A stretch of DNA of 64,000 bases from an uncultured bacterium (GTDB lineage: Bacteria; SAR324; NAC60-12): positions 1 through 64,000 of the forward strand of contig CAXGMD010000004.1 of assembly GCA_964010765.1 (NCBI GenBank), given 5' to 3'. Of this stretch, positions 39,977 through 50,175 are shown one piece after another. Under the pieces are notes generated by a model. The model ran no database searches and was not told the DNA's origin. It was given only the letters and a program-made list of their open reading frames with translations. The stretch's first letter is position 1; each line of letters begins with the position of its first letter. The translations under genes and the position numbers were made by a program.

Positions 39977-40145
39977 AGACTCCTTTGTGAGAGGCAATCT
40001 GGCTTCCTGCCTGAGTGCGGAAGGAGGCGGACGGGTTGTGTTGTGTGAAGATCGCAAAAAAGAGAGAAAAGTTCAACACACGTAGTGCTGATTTTGTAAA
40101 AGCTTCAAAATTTGATGTTCTCTGAAATAGTCGAGACCTATTTGT

Positions 40146-42383
40146 TTAATTATATTTAAAAGTTAGCTTGTCGGCTTTGAGGCCAATTGTTACCTCTCCT
40201 CCGTTTTCTAGATTTCCAAAGAGAACTTCATCGGCAAGAACTGTTTCTATTTCCTGCTGAATGACCCTCTTCATCGGACGTGCTCCAAAATGAGGATCAT
40301 ACCCCTTATTAGCTAACCAATCTCTGGCCTTGTTACTTACATTGATCGTTACTTTTTTCTGCTGCAGTTTGATCTCTAGCTGGATAATCAATTTGTCAAC
40401 AATGAGTTGGACGACTTCTTTTGGTAACTGTGCAAAGGAGATAATCGCATCCAATCGATTTCTAAACTCTGGGCTGAAGGTGCGCTCCAACGCTTGTTTT
40501 GATGGTGTCGTTGGAGACTGACTGCCAAATCCAATCACAGAGGAAGCCATTTCTTTAGCACCCACATTACACGTCATAATCAAAACTACATTTCTGAAGT
40601 CTGCTTCTCGACCATTGTTATCTGTGAGAGTCGCGTGATCCATCACCTGAAGCAAAATATTGAAGATGTCCGGGTGAGCTTTTTCGATCTCGTCCAGCAG
40701 TAAAACGGTGTGGGGATGCTTACGTATCGCATCGGTAAGCAGTCCTCCTTGGTCATAGCCAACATATCCCGGAGGTGCTCCGATCAACCGGGAAACAGTA
40801 TGCTTCTCCATATATTCGCTCATGTCGAAGCGTTGGAAATGAATTCCTGTAATTTGTGCCAATTGCTTGGCCAGTTCGGTTTTCCCAACTCCTGTGGGGC
40901 CAGTGAATAAGAAAGAGCCAATGGGTTGATCACTTTGTCGCAAGCCAGCTCGTGTGCGTTTGATGGCCTGAACCAAGGCATGAATTGCATTGTCCTGTCC
41001 AAAGACCTGAAGCTGGAGCTCTTTTTCAAGGTCCTTGAGCTTTTCCTTATCAGAACTATTCATTCGCTCAATCGGAATCCGCGCAATACTGGCGATGACT
41101 TTTTCAATGTCTTGGGAATTAACAGTTTTGCGGCCCGCTCCTTTCAGCCGAATAGCAGCACCAGTTTCGTCAATAACATCGATAGCTTTGTCAGGCAGGT
41201 AGCGATCATTGATGTATTTTGCAGATAGCTCAGCGGCGGTTCTTAGGGAAGATACAGTATAACGGAGCTCGTGATGTTCTTCGTAACGATTTTTTAGTCC
41301 CTTGAGAATTAAAAAGGTCTCCTCAATTGAGGGCTCATCGATGTCGATCTTCTGAAAGCGTCTGGATAGAGCTCGGTCTTTCTCGAAAAGTTTTTTGTAT
41401 TCATCATAGGTTGTAGACCCTATGCATCGAATCTCACCCTTCGCTAGAGCCGGCTTGAGTAAGTTCGAGACATCCATTGATCCCCCACTAGTTGCCCCAG
41501 CGCCAATGATCGTGTGAATCTCATCGATGAATAGGATAGATTTTGGCTTCTGCTGCAAAGATTTAAGAACTGCTTTGATGCGTTGCTCAAAGTCCCCACG
41601 AAATTTTGTACCAGCTAAGAGTGCCCCGATATCAAGCGCATAAATCTCAGATCCTTCCAGAAGTTCAGGAACCTCTTGACGGAATATGCGTAAGGCAAGA
41701 CCTTCCGCAATAGCGGTTTTACCGACCCCAGGATCGCCTACGTAGATAGGATTATTTTTCCGACGTCGACAGAGAATCTGAATTGTTCGGTCTAACTCTG
41801 CATCGCGTCCAATCAAGGGGTCAATGCGATCTTCTTCGGCAAGCTTTGTTAGGTTTGTGGTGTAGTGTTTGAGGGCATCCTGCTCCCCACGTCCCTGGGA
41901 GCTTTCTTCTTCGTCTGTACTATCAAAATTGTGGTTCTCTTCTTCATCCTCAACAGCTACCTTAGCAATTCCATGTGAGATGTAATTCAGCAAATCGAGC
42001 CTCGTGATGCCCTCTTTCTGCAGAAAATAGGAAGCATATGATTGGGATTCTCGATGAATTGCCACAAGGATGTCCCCAACGTCGGCAGATGCCTTCCCAG
42101 AACTATTAACGTGCATGATTGCTAAATGGAGAACACGTTGAACGGCTCTGGTTTGTTGAGGATTGGATCCCTCTTCTCGCATGGTTTCTTGTTGATCAAA
42201 AAATTCTTCCAGATCTTCTTTGATTCGATCAACGTTGCCTCCACAACTTCTAATAATTCTTACCCCATTGTCATTGTGCAATAGGGCATAAAGAATGTGC
42301 TCCACACAAAGGTACTCATGGCGTCGATCCTTGGCTTCACTTTGTGCAGCCATCAAGCACATTTCTAAATCTCTCGTGAACAT
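40146..42383 (-). CDS. clpA: ATP-dependent Clp protease ATP-binding subunit ClpA
   Basis: Two AAA modules (GDPGVGKT, GPTGVGKT), RRHEY..VEH, DMSEYMEKHTVSRLIGAPPGYVG, IGF loop. Follows clpS. Confidence 0.97.
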   Translation of the reverse strand: MFTRDLEMCLMAAQSEAKDRRHEYLCVEHILYALLHNDNGVRIIRSCGGNVDRIKEDLEEFFDQQETMREEGSNPQQTRAVQRVLHLAIMHVNSSGKASADVGDILVAIHRESQSYASYFLQKEGITRLDLLNYISHGIAKVAVEDEEENHNFDSTDEEESSQGRGEQDALKHYTTNLTKLAEEDRIDPLIGRDAELDRTIQILCRRRKNNPIYVGDPGVGKTAIAEGLALRIFRQEVPELLEGSEIYALDIGALLAGTKFRGDFEQRIKAVLKSLQQKPKSILFIDEIHTIIGAGATSGGSMDVSNLLKPALAKGEIRCIGSTTYDEYKKLFEKDRALSRRFQKIDIDEPSIEETFLILKGLKNRYEEHHELRYTVSSLRTAAELSAKYINDRYLPDKAIDVIDETGAAIRLKGAGRKTVNSQDIEKVIASIARIPIERMNSSDKEKLKDLEKELQLQVFGQDNAIHALVQAIKRTRAGLRQSDQPIGSFLFTGPTGVGKTELAKQLAQITGIHFQRFDMSEYMEKHTVSRLIGAPPGYVGYDQGGLLTDAIRKHPHTVLLLDEIEKAHPDIFNILLQVMDHATLTDNNGREADFRNVVLIMTCNVGAKEMASSVIGFGSQSPTTPSKQALERTFSPEFRNRLDAIISFAQLPKEVVQLIVDKLIIQLEIKLQQKKVTINVSNKARDWLANKGYDPHFGARPMKRVIQQEIETVLADEVLFGNLENGGEVTIGLKADKLTFKYN

Positions 42384-42400
42384 ATGGGATTCCTGTCAGA

Positions 42401-42709
42401 TCAAACTTCTTCCATACTTGCTTTGAGAGGAAACTCGTTTTGACGAGCCATCTCATGAACAGCTTCAACTTTGGTTTCTGCAACCTCATAGGAGTAGACG
42501 CCGCAGATACCGACACCAGTCTTGTGGACCTGTAACATAATCTGAATCGCTTCGTCAGCCGTTTTGTGGAAGACCGCCTCTAAAACACGCACCACAAAAT
42601 CCATTGTGGTGTAGTCATCGTTATGTAGTAGGACTTTAAACTGAACCGGTGGTTTGAGTTTCTGTTTCGTCAGTGTGACGAGGTCTTCCTGGGGCTTAAA
42701 CTGACTCAT
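42401..42709 (-). CDS. clpS: ClpAP adaptor ClpS
   Basis: KVLLHNDDYTTMDFVV.VL, MLQVH..G.G.CGVY..EVAETK, FPL. Confidence 0.97.
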   Translation of the reverse strand: MSQFKPQEDLVTLTKQKLKPPVQFKVLLHNDDYTTMDFVVRVLEAVFHKTADEAIQIMLQVHKTGVGICGVYSYEVAETKVEAVHEMARQNEFPLKASMEEV

Positions 42710-42819
42710 TCTTGTTCTTGGTTTACCGGGAAATTTCCTTTGTGATAATCCCAGAGATATGCAGATGAATTCCTAAATAAATTCAATAATATACTTTTTC
42801 AAATCGAGGGGTTTATCGT

Positions 42820-43755
42820 TCAGGTTCCTGTAGGTCTCATCTCTAATTCAGCACGAACTTCAGTACGCTGCTGACCAGGTTCTTGAATATAGACTCGGCT
42901 ATCTGGAGGTACACTATGAGTTAGCCATACATTACCGCCAATGATTGAACGGGCCCCCACAACAGTATTGCCCCCTAGAATCGTAGCGCCAGCGTAAATA
43001 ATGGTTTCACGCTCAATAGTTGGGTGTCGTTTGAGATGTGGTTCATTCTTATGCTGTATTGGACTGAATGCACCAAGTGTTACCCCTTGGTAAATGCGCA
43101 CTTGGTCGAGTATCACTGCGGTACCACCAATAACGATGCCAGTTCCGTGGTCAATCATCACACCACGTCCAATCCGGGCACCTGGATTGATATCAATTCC
43201 AGTCAATGAGTGGACATGCTCACTGAGAATCCGTGGCATTAGCGGGATTTGGTAGTTGTGGAGGAAGTGGGCAATCCGGTAAATGCTGAGGGCGTGTATT
43301 CCTGGGTAGGCCAGAACGATTTCCTTACGATCATTAGCGGCCGGGTCACCTGCAAAGGTGGCTTCGACGTCTTCAGCCAAAACTTCTCTCATTTCCGGAA
43401 GTGTTTCGAGCAAGTTGAGAGAAATTTCTTCTGCTCTTTCACTACAGGCGCCTGCTGGTGGCTGGGGTAATCCCTCCTGTCTGCTTTGCCAGCAGATCAC
43501 TTGCTCCAGGTAGTCACGTAGTCTGTAGAAGATTGAGGCGCTTTTTTGACCTAACCAATAAGGTAAACTGATGGCATCAAGTTGTTCTTGCCTGAGCAAA
43601 CCCGGGAACAGCAAAACCTGTAAATCATTGGCCAACTGGACGATGCTCTCTCGAGCAGGCAAGCCAGAGCAGCCAATGCTCTGAATTTCGGGATGACTAT
43701 GATAGGAGTCCAGTAAGGCATCCACTGCCTTCCGAAGTCGTAACTCTGTTTGCAT
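42820..43755 (-). CDS. cysE: Serine O-acetyltransferase (long N-terminal form)
   Basis: GDPAA....EI.LAYPG, TGIDINPGARIG, IDHGTGIVIG, YQGVTLGA, KRHPT. Confidence 0.9.
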   Translation of the reverse strand: MQTELRLRKAVDALLDSYHSHPEIQSIGCSGLPARESIVQLANDLQVLLFPGLLRQEQLDAISLPYWLGQKSASIFYRLRDYLEQVICWQSRQEGLPQPPAGACSERAEEISLNLLETLPEMREVLAEDVEATFAGDPAANDRKEIVLAYPGIHALSIYRIAHFLHNYQIPLMPRILSEHVHSLTGIDINPGARIGRGVMIDHGTGIVIGGTAVILDQVRIYQGVTLGAFSPIQHKNEPHLKRHPTIERETIIYAGATILGGNTVVGARSIIGGNVWLTHSVPPDSRVYIQEPGQQRTEVRAELEMRPTGT

Positions 43756-43784
43756 AACTAACTGAGAAGAATCATGACTGTTTT

Positions 43785-46688
43785 TCAGGATGATTTTGCT
43801 AATTTCAAACCTATTGGTAGTTCATCACCAAACAACCAGTTCTGCAAGTTGCTTTCTAGAATCTCCACAGCATCTCTCTTTGCTTCTTCGGTAAGTAATC
43901 GTACTAGGCTACCATCTTCATCATAGGATTCTACGAAAGCAATCAGTTCTTTTCGAAGATCTGGAGAAATATCTCTGTGTCGGTCTCCAGTAAACTGCCC
44001 CAGCTTAGTCAAAACCAATGGTAACTCTTGAATCGGTTTTTGATGATGGATTTCAAGCAAACTTTGAATCCAAGATTCAACTTCTTTTGGAGGGATCACA
44101 TACAAAGTACCTGCATGCACAAATTCACGCGAACCAAAGCGGGCTAGACAGAGTGCCTCAATCCCTGTGCTTTGTCCCTTTTCCAAGCGATCGAGTAACT
44201 GCTTACTATAAGTTCTCTTCTTCTCGTGTGGTACTGATTCTAAGTTGCTAAGTAACAACCACAATTCGTTGAGAGCGCTGGGAGAAATAGATGCGGGTCT
44301 TTTCCCTTTTGGCAGTTTCGAGGACCTTGGCTTACGATTCCCTTCGACCAATCGCTCTTCCAAAGATTTGAAGATGGCTTCTTGGGTTTGTGAAGGTAGC
44401 CCTGCGGCTACACGGCGACAAAAAATCCACCACTCAACTTCTACGTTTCGCTCTTTTCGAAACTGCGGTCCACGAGCAATCCATTCTGTTAGTTGCTTGA
44501 TTCGTAGCTCATCATTTGGAAATCCAAATCCTGGACGCAGGCAGAATCCACAGATTTTCAGCCAATTCATTTCATGGTTTACAGAACGAACTCTAGTTCC
44601 CATTCCACTGAGTAATTGATCAGCAATTTCTCGCAAAAGTGGGAGTGGCCAACCAGATCGTGGGCCCAGTAATGCCTCCAGTTGTTTGTTTAGGCTCAAG
44701 GGCAGATTTTCTTGGCGGCTTCTCTTACCAAACCAGCTTTGCAGAGTCCTCTGAACATCATCCCAATTGCTAGGAGGTTCCCATTGATTATCAACAGTGA
44801 TGCTGTGATCTGATTGAATTACCTCTGGTGCAGATTCTCGGATACGGAATTCAAGGCGCCACTCCTCACTTAAGTGGTGGTTAACACACTCTAGGCTAAG
44901 GGTCCCTATCTCATTCAACTTTGCTCGGAGTTGGATTCCCAGTGTTGTGGCTTTTTTGGGAAGCCGATTGCGGTCTATTCCCAGAAATGTCTGAATCGGT
45001 GGAAGTTCGGTAAAATCACGTTCCAATTCTTCTTGTTCAATTTGGATTATATCACCCAAGTGGTCTTGCGTTCGGATACTGGAGGCCCTCATCTCAAATT
45101 GAACAGGTTGATTTATAGCAATTTCAAGGGTGTGTCCCTGTACTTCCTGATATTCCTCGACAGAAGCTTGTTGGGGCAAGATGCACAACCAGGCTAGGTT
45201 TTGTGAACCCGGCTCCATTCCATCAATCAGCAGTGAGACATAGTAGCTTCGAGCACTCCCTCCTTTGATTTGCAGCCCTTTCCCCTCACGCACAAGATGG
45301 TAATAAGTTGCTCCTTTGGCAACAGCCAACTGCATTTGCTCTTGAGGAAGTACTTGAACACTTTTCTCAGTTTCTCCTAGTTGAGATCCCCATTTTTCCA
45401 GTAGACGCCGGATTTTTTCCTGAAGCAAAGAAGGCTCGAGTGTCCCACCGTTGAAAAGTACGTGAGTAGGAAAGCGTTCTGGTTCAATTTGGGAGCAGTG
45501 ATTTCTTAAAAATCTGAGCAGATGTCGAGTAATTGCGGTGTCACTGGCGTATGGGAGTCCAAGGGTGCGCAATGCCAGAATCTTCTTGGCTGGTAAATCA
45601 GCATCCCAGTCCAGTTCAGGGAAAAAGCCATCCAAGATGATTTGTTCGAATTCATTTTGGGAGAGAATATAGTTCTTTGTCTTTCCAATCAGTCTGCTCC
45701 CTTGTTCAGCAATCGTTATCGGAAACTGATCCTGTTCAGTTGCCCAAAGAATTTCCTTTGCCCTTCTGCATTGGGCTGTGAGTGCCTCCCAAAGACGGGG
45801 GGATAGTTTTCTCTGTTGTCCTGTCAGTTGCTGTTCAACATGTGCTGCTAGGGCTAAATCCAAATTATCCCCACCCAGTAAGATGTGATCACTGACAGCT
45901 AGACGTTCCATTTCAGGATTCCCTTTGGGATCTTCAGGCATCTTTACTTTGACGAGGCTGAAATCGCTTGTTCCACCACCGATATCAACAACTAAGACAA
46001 TATTTTCGGAGTTTTTGAAATAATCTGATAATGTTTTTGGGGAATCACAGTCCTCTAAATTTTCAGCAATCCATGAGTAAAAGGCTGCTTGAGGTTCTTC
46101 CAGTAGAGTGACGGTTTTTAGCCCCGCCATTTTGACCGAACGCAGGGTGAACTCTCGGGCTATTTCATCAAAAGAGGCAGGAACCGTAAGCACAATTTCT
46201 TGGTCTTCCAGCTGTAGTTCGGTTCTGTCTTTGGCAATTTTGTGATTCCACGAATCTCTAAGATGCTGAAGAAAGAGTGAACTCGCAGCAAGGGGCGAAT
46301 ATCGTTTGAGTTCTGGTTGGTCACTCTGAGGGAGAATCTCTGCTTCTGGATTTAAATTGTGGTAACATAGCCAAGATTTCGCAGAATGAATATTTCGCCC
46401 AGGTCGGAGCGCCTGCTGTTGCCGAGCCCATTCTCCAGTAGCTAAATCAGGTTCAGAATCCTCGGACCAAGGCAATTGAAAGCGGCCAGAAAGTTTTTCT
46501 TCTTTGGTCAATAAAAATGCATGAGAAGGTAAGGTCTTTTGATCATACCACTCACCATTGCCAATCCACTGTGGAATTTCAAAACAGTGCAGTTGATTTG
46601 TAAAATCTTCCTGGTCTAAATAGCAAAGAGCACTGTTGCTGGTACCAAGATCAATTCCGATTCTAAATCTCGATGTAGGCAATTTCAT
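43785..46688 (-). CDS. Hsp70-like (DnaK-related) protein with C-terminal DUF3731-like domain
   Basis: GIDLGTSNS, TVPASFDE, LEEPQAAFY, DIGGGTSDF, LGGDNLD. C-terminal GFCLRPGFG. Confidence 0.85.
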   Translation of the reverse strand: MKLPTSRFRIGIDLGTSNSALCYLDQEDFTNQLHCFEIPQWIGNGEWYDQKTLPSHAFLLTKEEKLSGRFQLPWSEDSEPDLATGEWARQQQALRPGRNIHSAKSWLCYHNLNPEAEILPQSDQPELKRYSPLAASSLFLQHLRDSWNHKIAKDRTELQLEDQEIVLTVPASFDEIAREFTLRSVKMAGLKTVTLLEEPQAAFYSWIAENLEDCDSPKTLSDYFKNSENIVLVVDIGGGTSDFSLVKVKMPEDPKGNPEMERLAVSDHILLGGDNLDLALAAHVEQQLTGQQRKLSPRLWEALTAQCRRAKEILWATEQDQFPITIAEQGSRLIGKTKNYILSQNEFEQIILDGFFPELDWDADLPAKKILALRTLGLPYASDTAITRHLLRFLRNHCSQIEPERFPTHVLFNGGTLEPSLLQEKIRRLLEKWGSQLGETEKSVQVLPQEQMQLAVAKGATYYHLVREGKGLQIKGGSARSYYVSLLIDGMEPGSQNLAWLCILPQQASVEEYQEVQGHTLEIAINQPVQFEMRASSIRTQDHLGDIIQIEQEELERDFTELPPIQTFLGIDRNRLPKKATTLGIQLRAKLNEIGTLSLECVNHHLSEEWRLEFRIRESAPEVIQSDHSITVDNQWEPPSNWDDVQRTLQSWFGKRSRQENLPLSLNKQLEALLGPRSGWPLPLLREIADQLLSGMGTRVRSVNHEMNWLKICGFCLRPGFGFPNDELRIKQLTEWIARGPQFRKERNVEVEWWIFCRRVAAGLPSQTQEAIFKSLEERLVEGNRKPRSSKLPKGKRPASISPSALNELWLLLSNLESVPHEKKRTYSKQLLDRLEKGQSTGIEALCLARFGSREFVHAGTLYVIPPKEVESWIQSLLEIHHQKPIQELPLVLTKLGQFTGDRHRDISPDLRKELIAFVESYDEDGSLVRLLTEEAKRDAVEILESNLQNWLFGDELPIGLKLAKSS

Positions 46689-46837
46689 GATGTTTTCTTC
46701 AAAGGAGGCTTGATCTCATGATATGTTTAGATACTTGAGTGGTCATGGTAAGTCTGGCAATTCGTTTGAACTTTTGGGGCAATCATGGAATAAGATTGAT
46801 CCTCTTCAAGTAACCAAAGCTTAAATTTCAAATCAAC

Positions 46838-48871
46838 ATGAAAAAACTTATAGCCATCCTGCTGCTTTTTGTATTTCTGGGAGGAAATACTGGAGTGGCT
46901 GAGGAAGACAAGCTCAATCAGGCGGTTGTTCGAGGGATTGTGGAGCGATTTACATCGTTGCACTATGCACAGGTGCCTTTAAATGATGAATTGTCCAAAA
47001 GGATTTTCCAGCTCTACCTAGATTCCTTGGATTCTGGACATTACTACTTCCTGGAATCTGATGTGAAAGAGTTTCGAGCTAAAGAGACCAGTTTGGATGA
47101 CATGCTTCGGCGTGGTGATGTCACTTGGGCAATGGACGTCTTCACACGTTTCCTAACCAGGCTCAGTCAACGTCAAGCGATGCTGGAATCTTTTCTGGAA
47201 GACGAGTTTGACTTCGACAAAGATGGTCAATGGAGAATTGATCGGAAAGATGAGCCCTATCCTAAGAATGAAGATGAAGCGAAAGAGACTTGGAGGCTGA
47301 AAACAAAGTTTGACCTATTGACGCTCAAGTTGGCAGGCAATACGGATCAAGAGGCCAAGGACCGATTACTAAAGCGTATTCGATCCATATGGAAGGATTA
47401 TTCTCAGTACACTGACGATGATGTAATTGCGCTTTATCTAAATGCTCTTACACGCGCCTATGATCCTCATTCGACTTACATGGCTGCGGAGGATCTGAGG
47501 AACTTTGATATTTCGATCAAACTCTCTTTGGATGGTATCGGTGCGGTGTTGCGCTGGGAAGATGGCTATACCGTTGTGAACTCGATTATTCCTGGTGGTG
47601 CAGCTGCACGGCATGGAAAATTAGCTGTCGATGATCGGATCATTGCTGTTGCACAAGGGACAGAGCCATTCGAAAGCGTAATTGATATGCGCTTGAATGA
47701 CGTCGTTGAGCTGATCCGTGGACAGCGTGGGACCACAGTTCGTCTTCAAGTTATGCGCAAGAATGAAAACGGATTTGATACCCTCAATTTTGCTATAGTT
47801 CGCGATAAAATTATTCTGAAGGATGGTGAAGCTAAAGCAGAAATTTTTGAACCGACGGCATCTACTGAAGAAAGTCCTGCGGCTTACAGAATAGGAGTTA
47901 TTGAACTACCTTCGTTCTATGTTGATTTCAATGACCGACGACAGAATCCGAACAACTACAAGAGTTCATCTCGTGATGTTCGGGCTCATTTGGAGCAATT
48001 TAAGCGGGATGGTGTGGATGGAGTGATTTTAGATCTTAGAAACAATGGCGGTGGTGGTCTTGACGAAGCTATCACTATGGCCGGATTGTTTGTTGGCCGT
48101 AAGCCAATTGTGATTGTTCGTCAAGCCAGTGGTGCTAGGATTACAGTCCATCGCAGTCGAGAAGAAGCTATTTACGAAGGCCCGCTATTGGTCATGCTAA
48201 ATCGCTTCAGTGCATCTGCCTCCGAAATACTTGCAGGAGCAATGCATGACTATCAACGAGCTATTTTAGTGGGTGACCGAACAACATTTGGTAAAGGTAC
48301 TGTACAAAACATTGTGCAACTTCCTGAGGGCTATGGGGCACTGAAAGTGACCATTGCACAATTTTATAGGGTCTCCGGGTGGTCTACCCAAAATCGTGGT
48401 GTGGAAACAGACATGATCTTGCCATCCATTAATAATGCTCGTGATCTTGGGGAATCCACTTTAGAAAATGCGCTGCCTTGGAAAGCGATTTCACCAATCT
48501 CCTACACACCGGTCGGTAACATTCGACGCTACATTAATGAGTTGCATCAGTATTCAAATGAGCGACTTTCCAAGGATACAGATTTCAAAGAAATTGAAGA
48601 GAATGTTCAGGAATTTTTGACCAATGTGAAGCCGCTGGAGTACACAAGTATTTTGAAAATGCAGGAAGACGCAGCAAAGCGAAAAGAGGAGAGGGACGAA
48701 GAGATGGCTAGTGCCCGCAAGACGATGGAGGATACCACACAAGAAGATTCTGAGGAAGTGACGACTTCAAATGACGAAACAACCATTCGGAGTGATGCCT
48801 ATCTTTTTGAAAGCATGGCCATCCTTGAAGACTACATTCGCTTGCAGCAACGTGTAGAGGTTAAGAACTAA
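46838..48871 (+). CDS. prc: Carboxy-terminal processing (tail-specific) protease, S41
   Basis: DPHSTY, GIGAVL (PDZ), DLRNNGGG, SASASEI.AGA, TFGKGTVQ. Confidence 0.95.
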   Translation: MKKLIAILLLFVFLGGNTGVAEEDKLNQAVVRGIVERFTSLHYAQVPLNDELSKRIFQLYLDSLDSGHYYFLESDVKEFRAKETSLDDMLRRGDVTWAMDVFTRFLTRLSQRQAMLESFLEDEFDFDKDGQWRIDRKDEPYPKNEDEAKETWRLKTKFDLLTLKLAGNTDQEAKDRLLKRIRSIWKDYSQYTDDDVIALYLNALTRAYDPHSTYMAAEDLRNFDISIKLSLDGIGAVLRWEDGYTVVNSIIPGGAAARHGKLAVDDRIIAVAQGTEPFESVIDMRLNDVVELIRGQRGTTVRLQVMRKNENGFDTLNFAIVRDKIILKDGEAKAEIFEPTASTEESPAAYRIGVIELPSFYVDFNDRRQNPNNYKSSSRDVRAHLEQFKRDGVDGVILDLRNNGGGGLDEAITMAGLFVGRKPIVIVRQASGARITVHRSREEAIYEGPLLVMLNRFSASASEILAGAMHDYQRAILVGDRTTFGKGTVQNIVQLPEGYGALKVTIAQFYRVSGWSTQNRGVETDMILPSINNARDLGESTLENALPWKAISPISYTPVGNIRRYINELHQYSNERLSKDTDFKEIEENVQEFLTNVKPLEYTSILKMQEDAAKRKEERDEEMASARKTMEDTTQEDSEEVTTSNDETTIRSDAYLFESMAILEDYIRLQQRVEVKN

Positions 48872-49404
48872 TGAGTGAAACAGAATTTCCTCCTTCTAAC
48901 ACTCTGCCAGTTCTGATTGATTCAGACCGAATCCGAAAACGTGTGGAAGAATTAGGGCGTAAAATTAGCGAGGACTATAAGAATCAACCTTTGGTCTTGC
49001 TTGTCGTACTCAAAGGTTCGTTTCTTTTCTGTGCAGATCTGGCAAGACAACTTTCGATTCCGTGTCGTATCGAATTCATCCGAGCCTCAAGCTACAAGGA
49101 TGCGAAGGTCAGTTCAGGGCAATTACAACTTTCTGAACTGCCAGATCTACGGCATGCAAATGTTTTAGTTGTTGAAGACATCCTCGACAGTGGGTTGACT
49201 CTGCACAAAATTCTAGAGCACCTACGGTCAGAAAATTTGGCTTCCTTAGAAGTTTGTACGTTATTATCTAAGCAGATTCCTAGGGATATTCAGACTGAAC
49301 CCAAGTACATTGGTTTTGAAATTCCCAACCGCTTTGTTGTCGGTTACGGTTTGGATTACGCTGAGCGCTACAGAGAAGTGCCTGACATCCGCTGTTTAGA
49401 CTGA
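48871..49404 (+). CDS. hpt: Hypoxanthine phosphoribosyltransferase
   Basis: VLKGSFLF.ADL, SSY, VLVVEDILDSGLT, FVVGYGLDY.ERYR. Confidence 0.95.
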   Translation: MSETEFPPSNTLPVLIDSDRIRKRVEELGRKISEDYKNQPLVLLVVLKGSFLFCADLARQLSIPCRIEFIRASSYKDAKVSSGQLQLSELPDLRHANVLVVEDILDSGLTLHKILEHLRSENLASLEVCTLLSKQIPRDIQTEPKYIGFEIPNRFVVGYGLDYAERYREVPDIRCLD

Positions 49405-49430
49405 TATTAACCCTCCAAAAAGTCATCTAT

Positions 49431-49703
49431 ATGAGCGTCAAAATTCGCCCTAACTGGAACTTTGAATCTCAAGATGAGGCTAATCAACTTTTGCTGCAAC
49501 TCACTCTGGAAAATCGAGCCTACCTTGAAGCAATCTTGCAAAATTTGGCTTTTTTAACAGCGAAATCAACTGATACAGATGTAGAAGAATTGATGATGAC
49601 GCTATGGCAGCAAGTCAAAGATACTGGCAGTCAGAAATTTCAGGAATTGCAGCAAGATTACCACGCTAACAGAGTATCTAGTCAGCAAGATGAAGAAGGC
49701 TAA
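49431..49703 (+). CDS. Hypothetical protein
   Basis: 90-aa ORF in operon context that overlaps the next gene. Confidence 0.65.
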   Translation: MSVKIRPNWNFESQDEANQLLLQLTLENRAYLEAILQNLAFLTAKSTDTDVEELMMTLWQQVKDTGSQKFQELQQDYHANRVSSQQDEEG

Positions 49704-50175
49704 GCTCCTGATCCTCTCACTATTGCTGGCAAATTCTTCCCTATGGGCTATCGACGCTCAATCCCTTAAAGAGGAAGCTTTAGGCTTGTGGGATAAGTCT
49801 AAAGATGTTGCCGATACAGTAGGTGAGAAAGTGCGAGATACTTGGGATGACAGTGAACCACTTAGGGAGGCAATTGGTGAAAAATCTGCTGAGCTTTGGG
49901 ATGATAGTGAGCCGCTACGAGAGAATCTAGAAGAAAAAACAAAAGATGGTTGGCAGACCGCTAAGGAATGGTCGACAAAAAAATATGATGAACTGAATCG
50001 GTCAGAGGAAAATCCTGACAACTCAAGTGCTTGGTGGAATTTTTCTGATTCAGAAAAGAAAAGTGAGGATGATTCAGCAGTAGAAAACTCTTTGAAAGAA
50101 CTATGGGAGAAGACGAAGGATGGTTCAAAACAACTAGGTGAGAAAATCCAAGAAAACACTAAAAGTCTCTTATGA
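49690..50175 (+). CDS. Exported protein with Trp-containing amphipathic helical repeats
   Basis: Signal peptide. WDDSEPLRE occurs twice at an 18-aa spacing, plus further W-D/E-K-x-K units. Confidence 0.75.
   Translation: MKKAKLLILSLLLANSSLWAIDAQSLKEEALGLWDKSKDVADTVGEKVRDTWDDSEPLREAIGEKSAELWDDSEPLRENLEEKTKDGWQTAKEWSTKKYDELNRSEENPDNSSAWWNFSDSEKKSEDDSAVENSLKELWEKTKDGSKQLGEKIQENTKSLL

Noticed and set aside
39995..40045. GCGGAAGGAGGCGG resembling SRP RNA domain IV
   Set aside because: The bases flanking GGAA do not form the required stem, and the CAGG/AGCAG symmetric loop is absent.
38151..42709. Aminopeptidase as an N-degron partner of ClpS/ClpA
   Set aside because: It carries a lipoprotein signal and so is in a different compartment from cytoplasmic ClpSAP.
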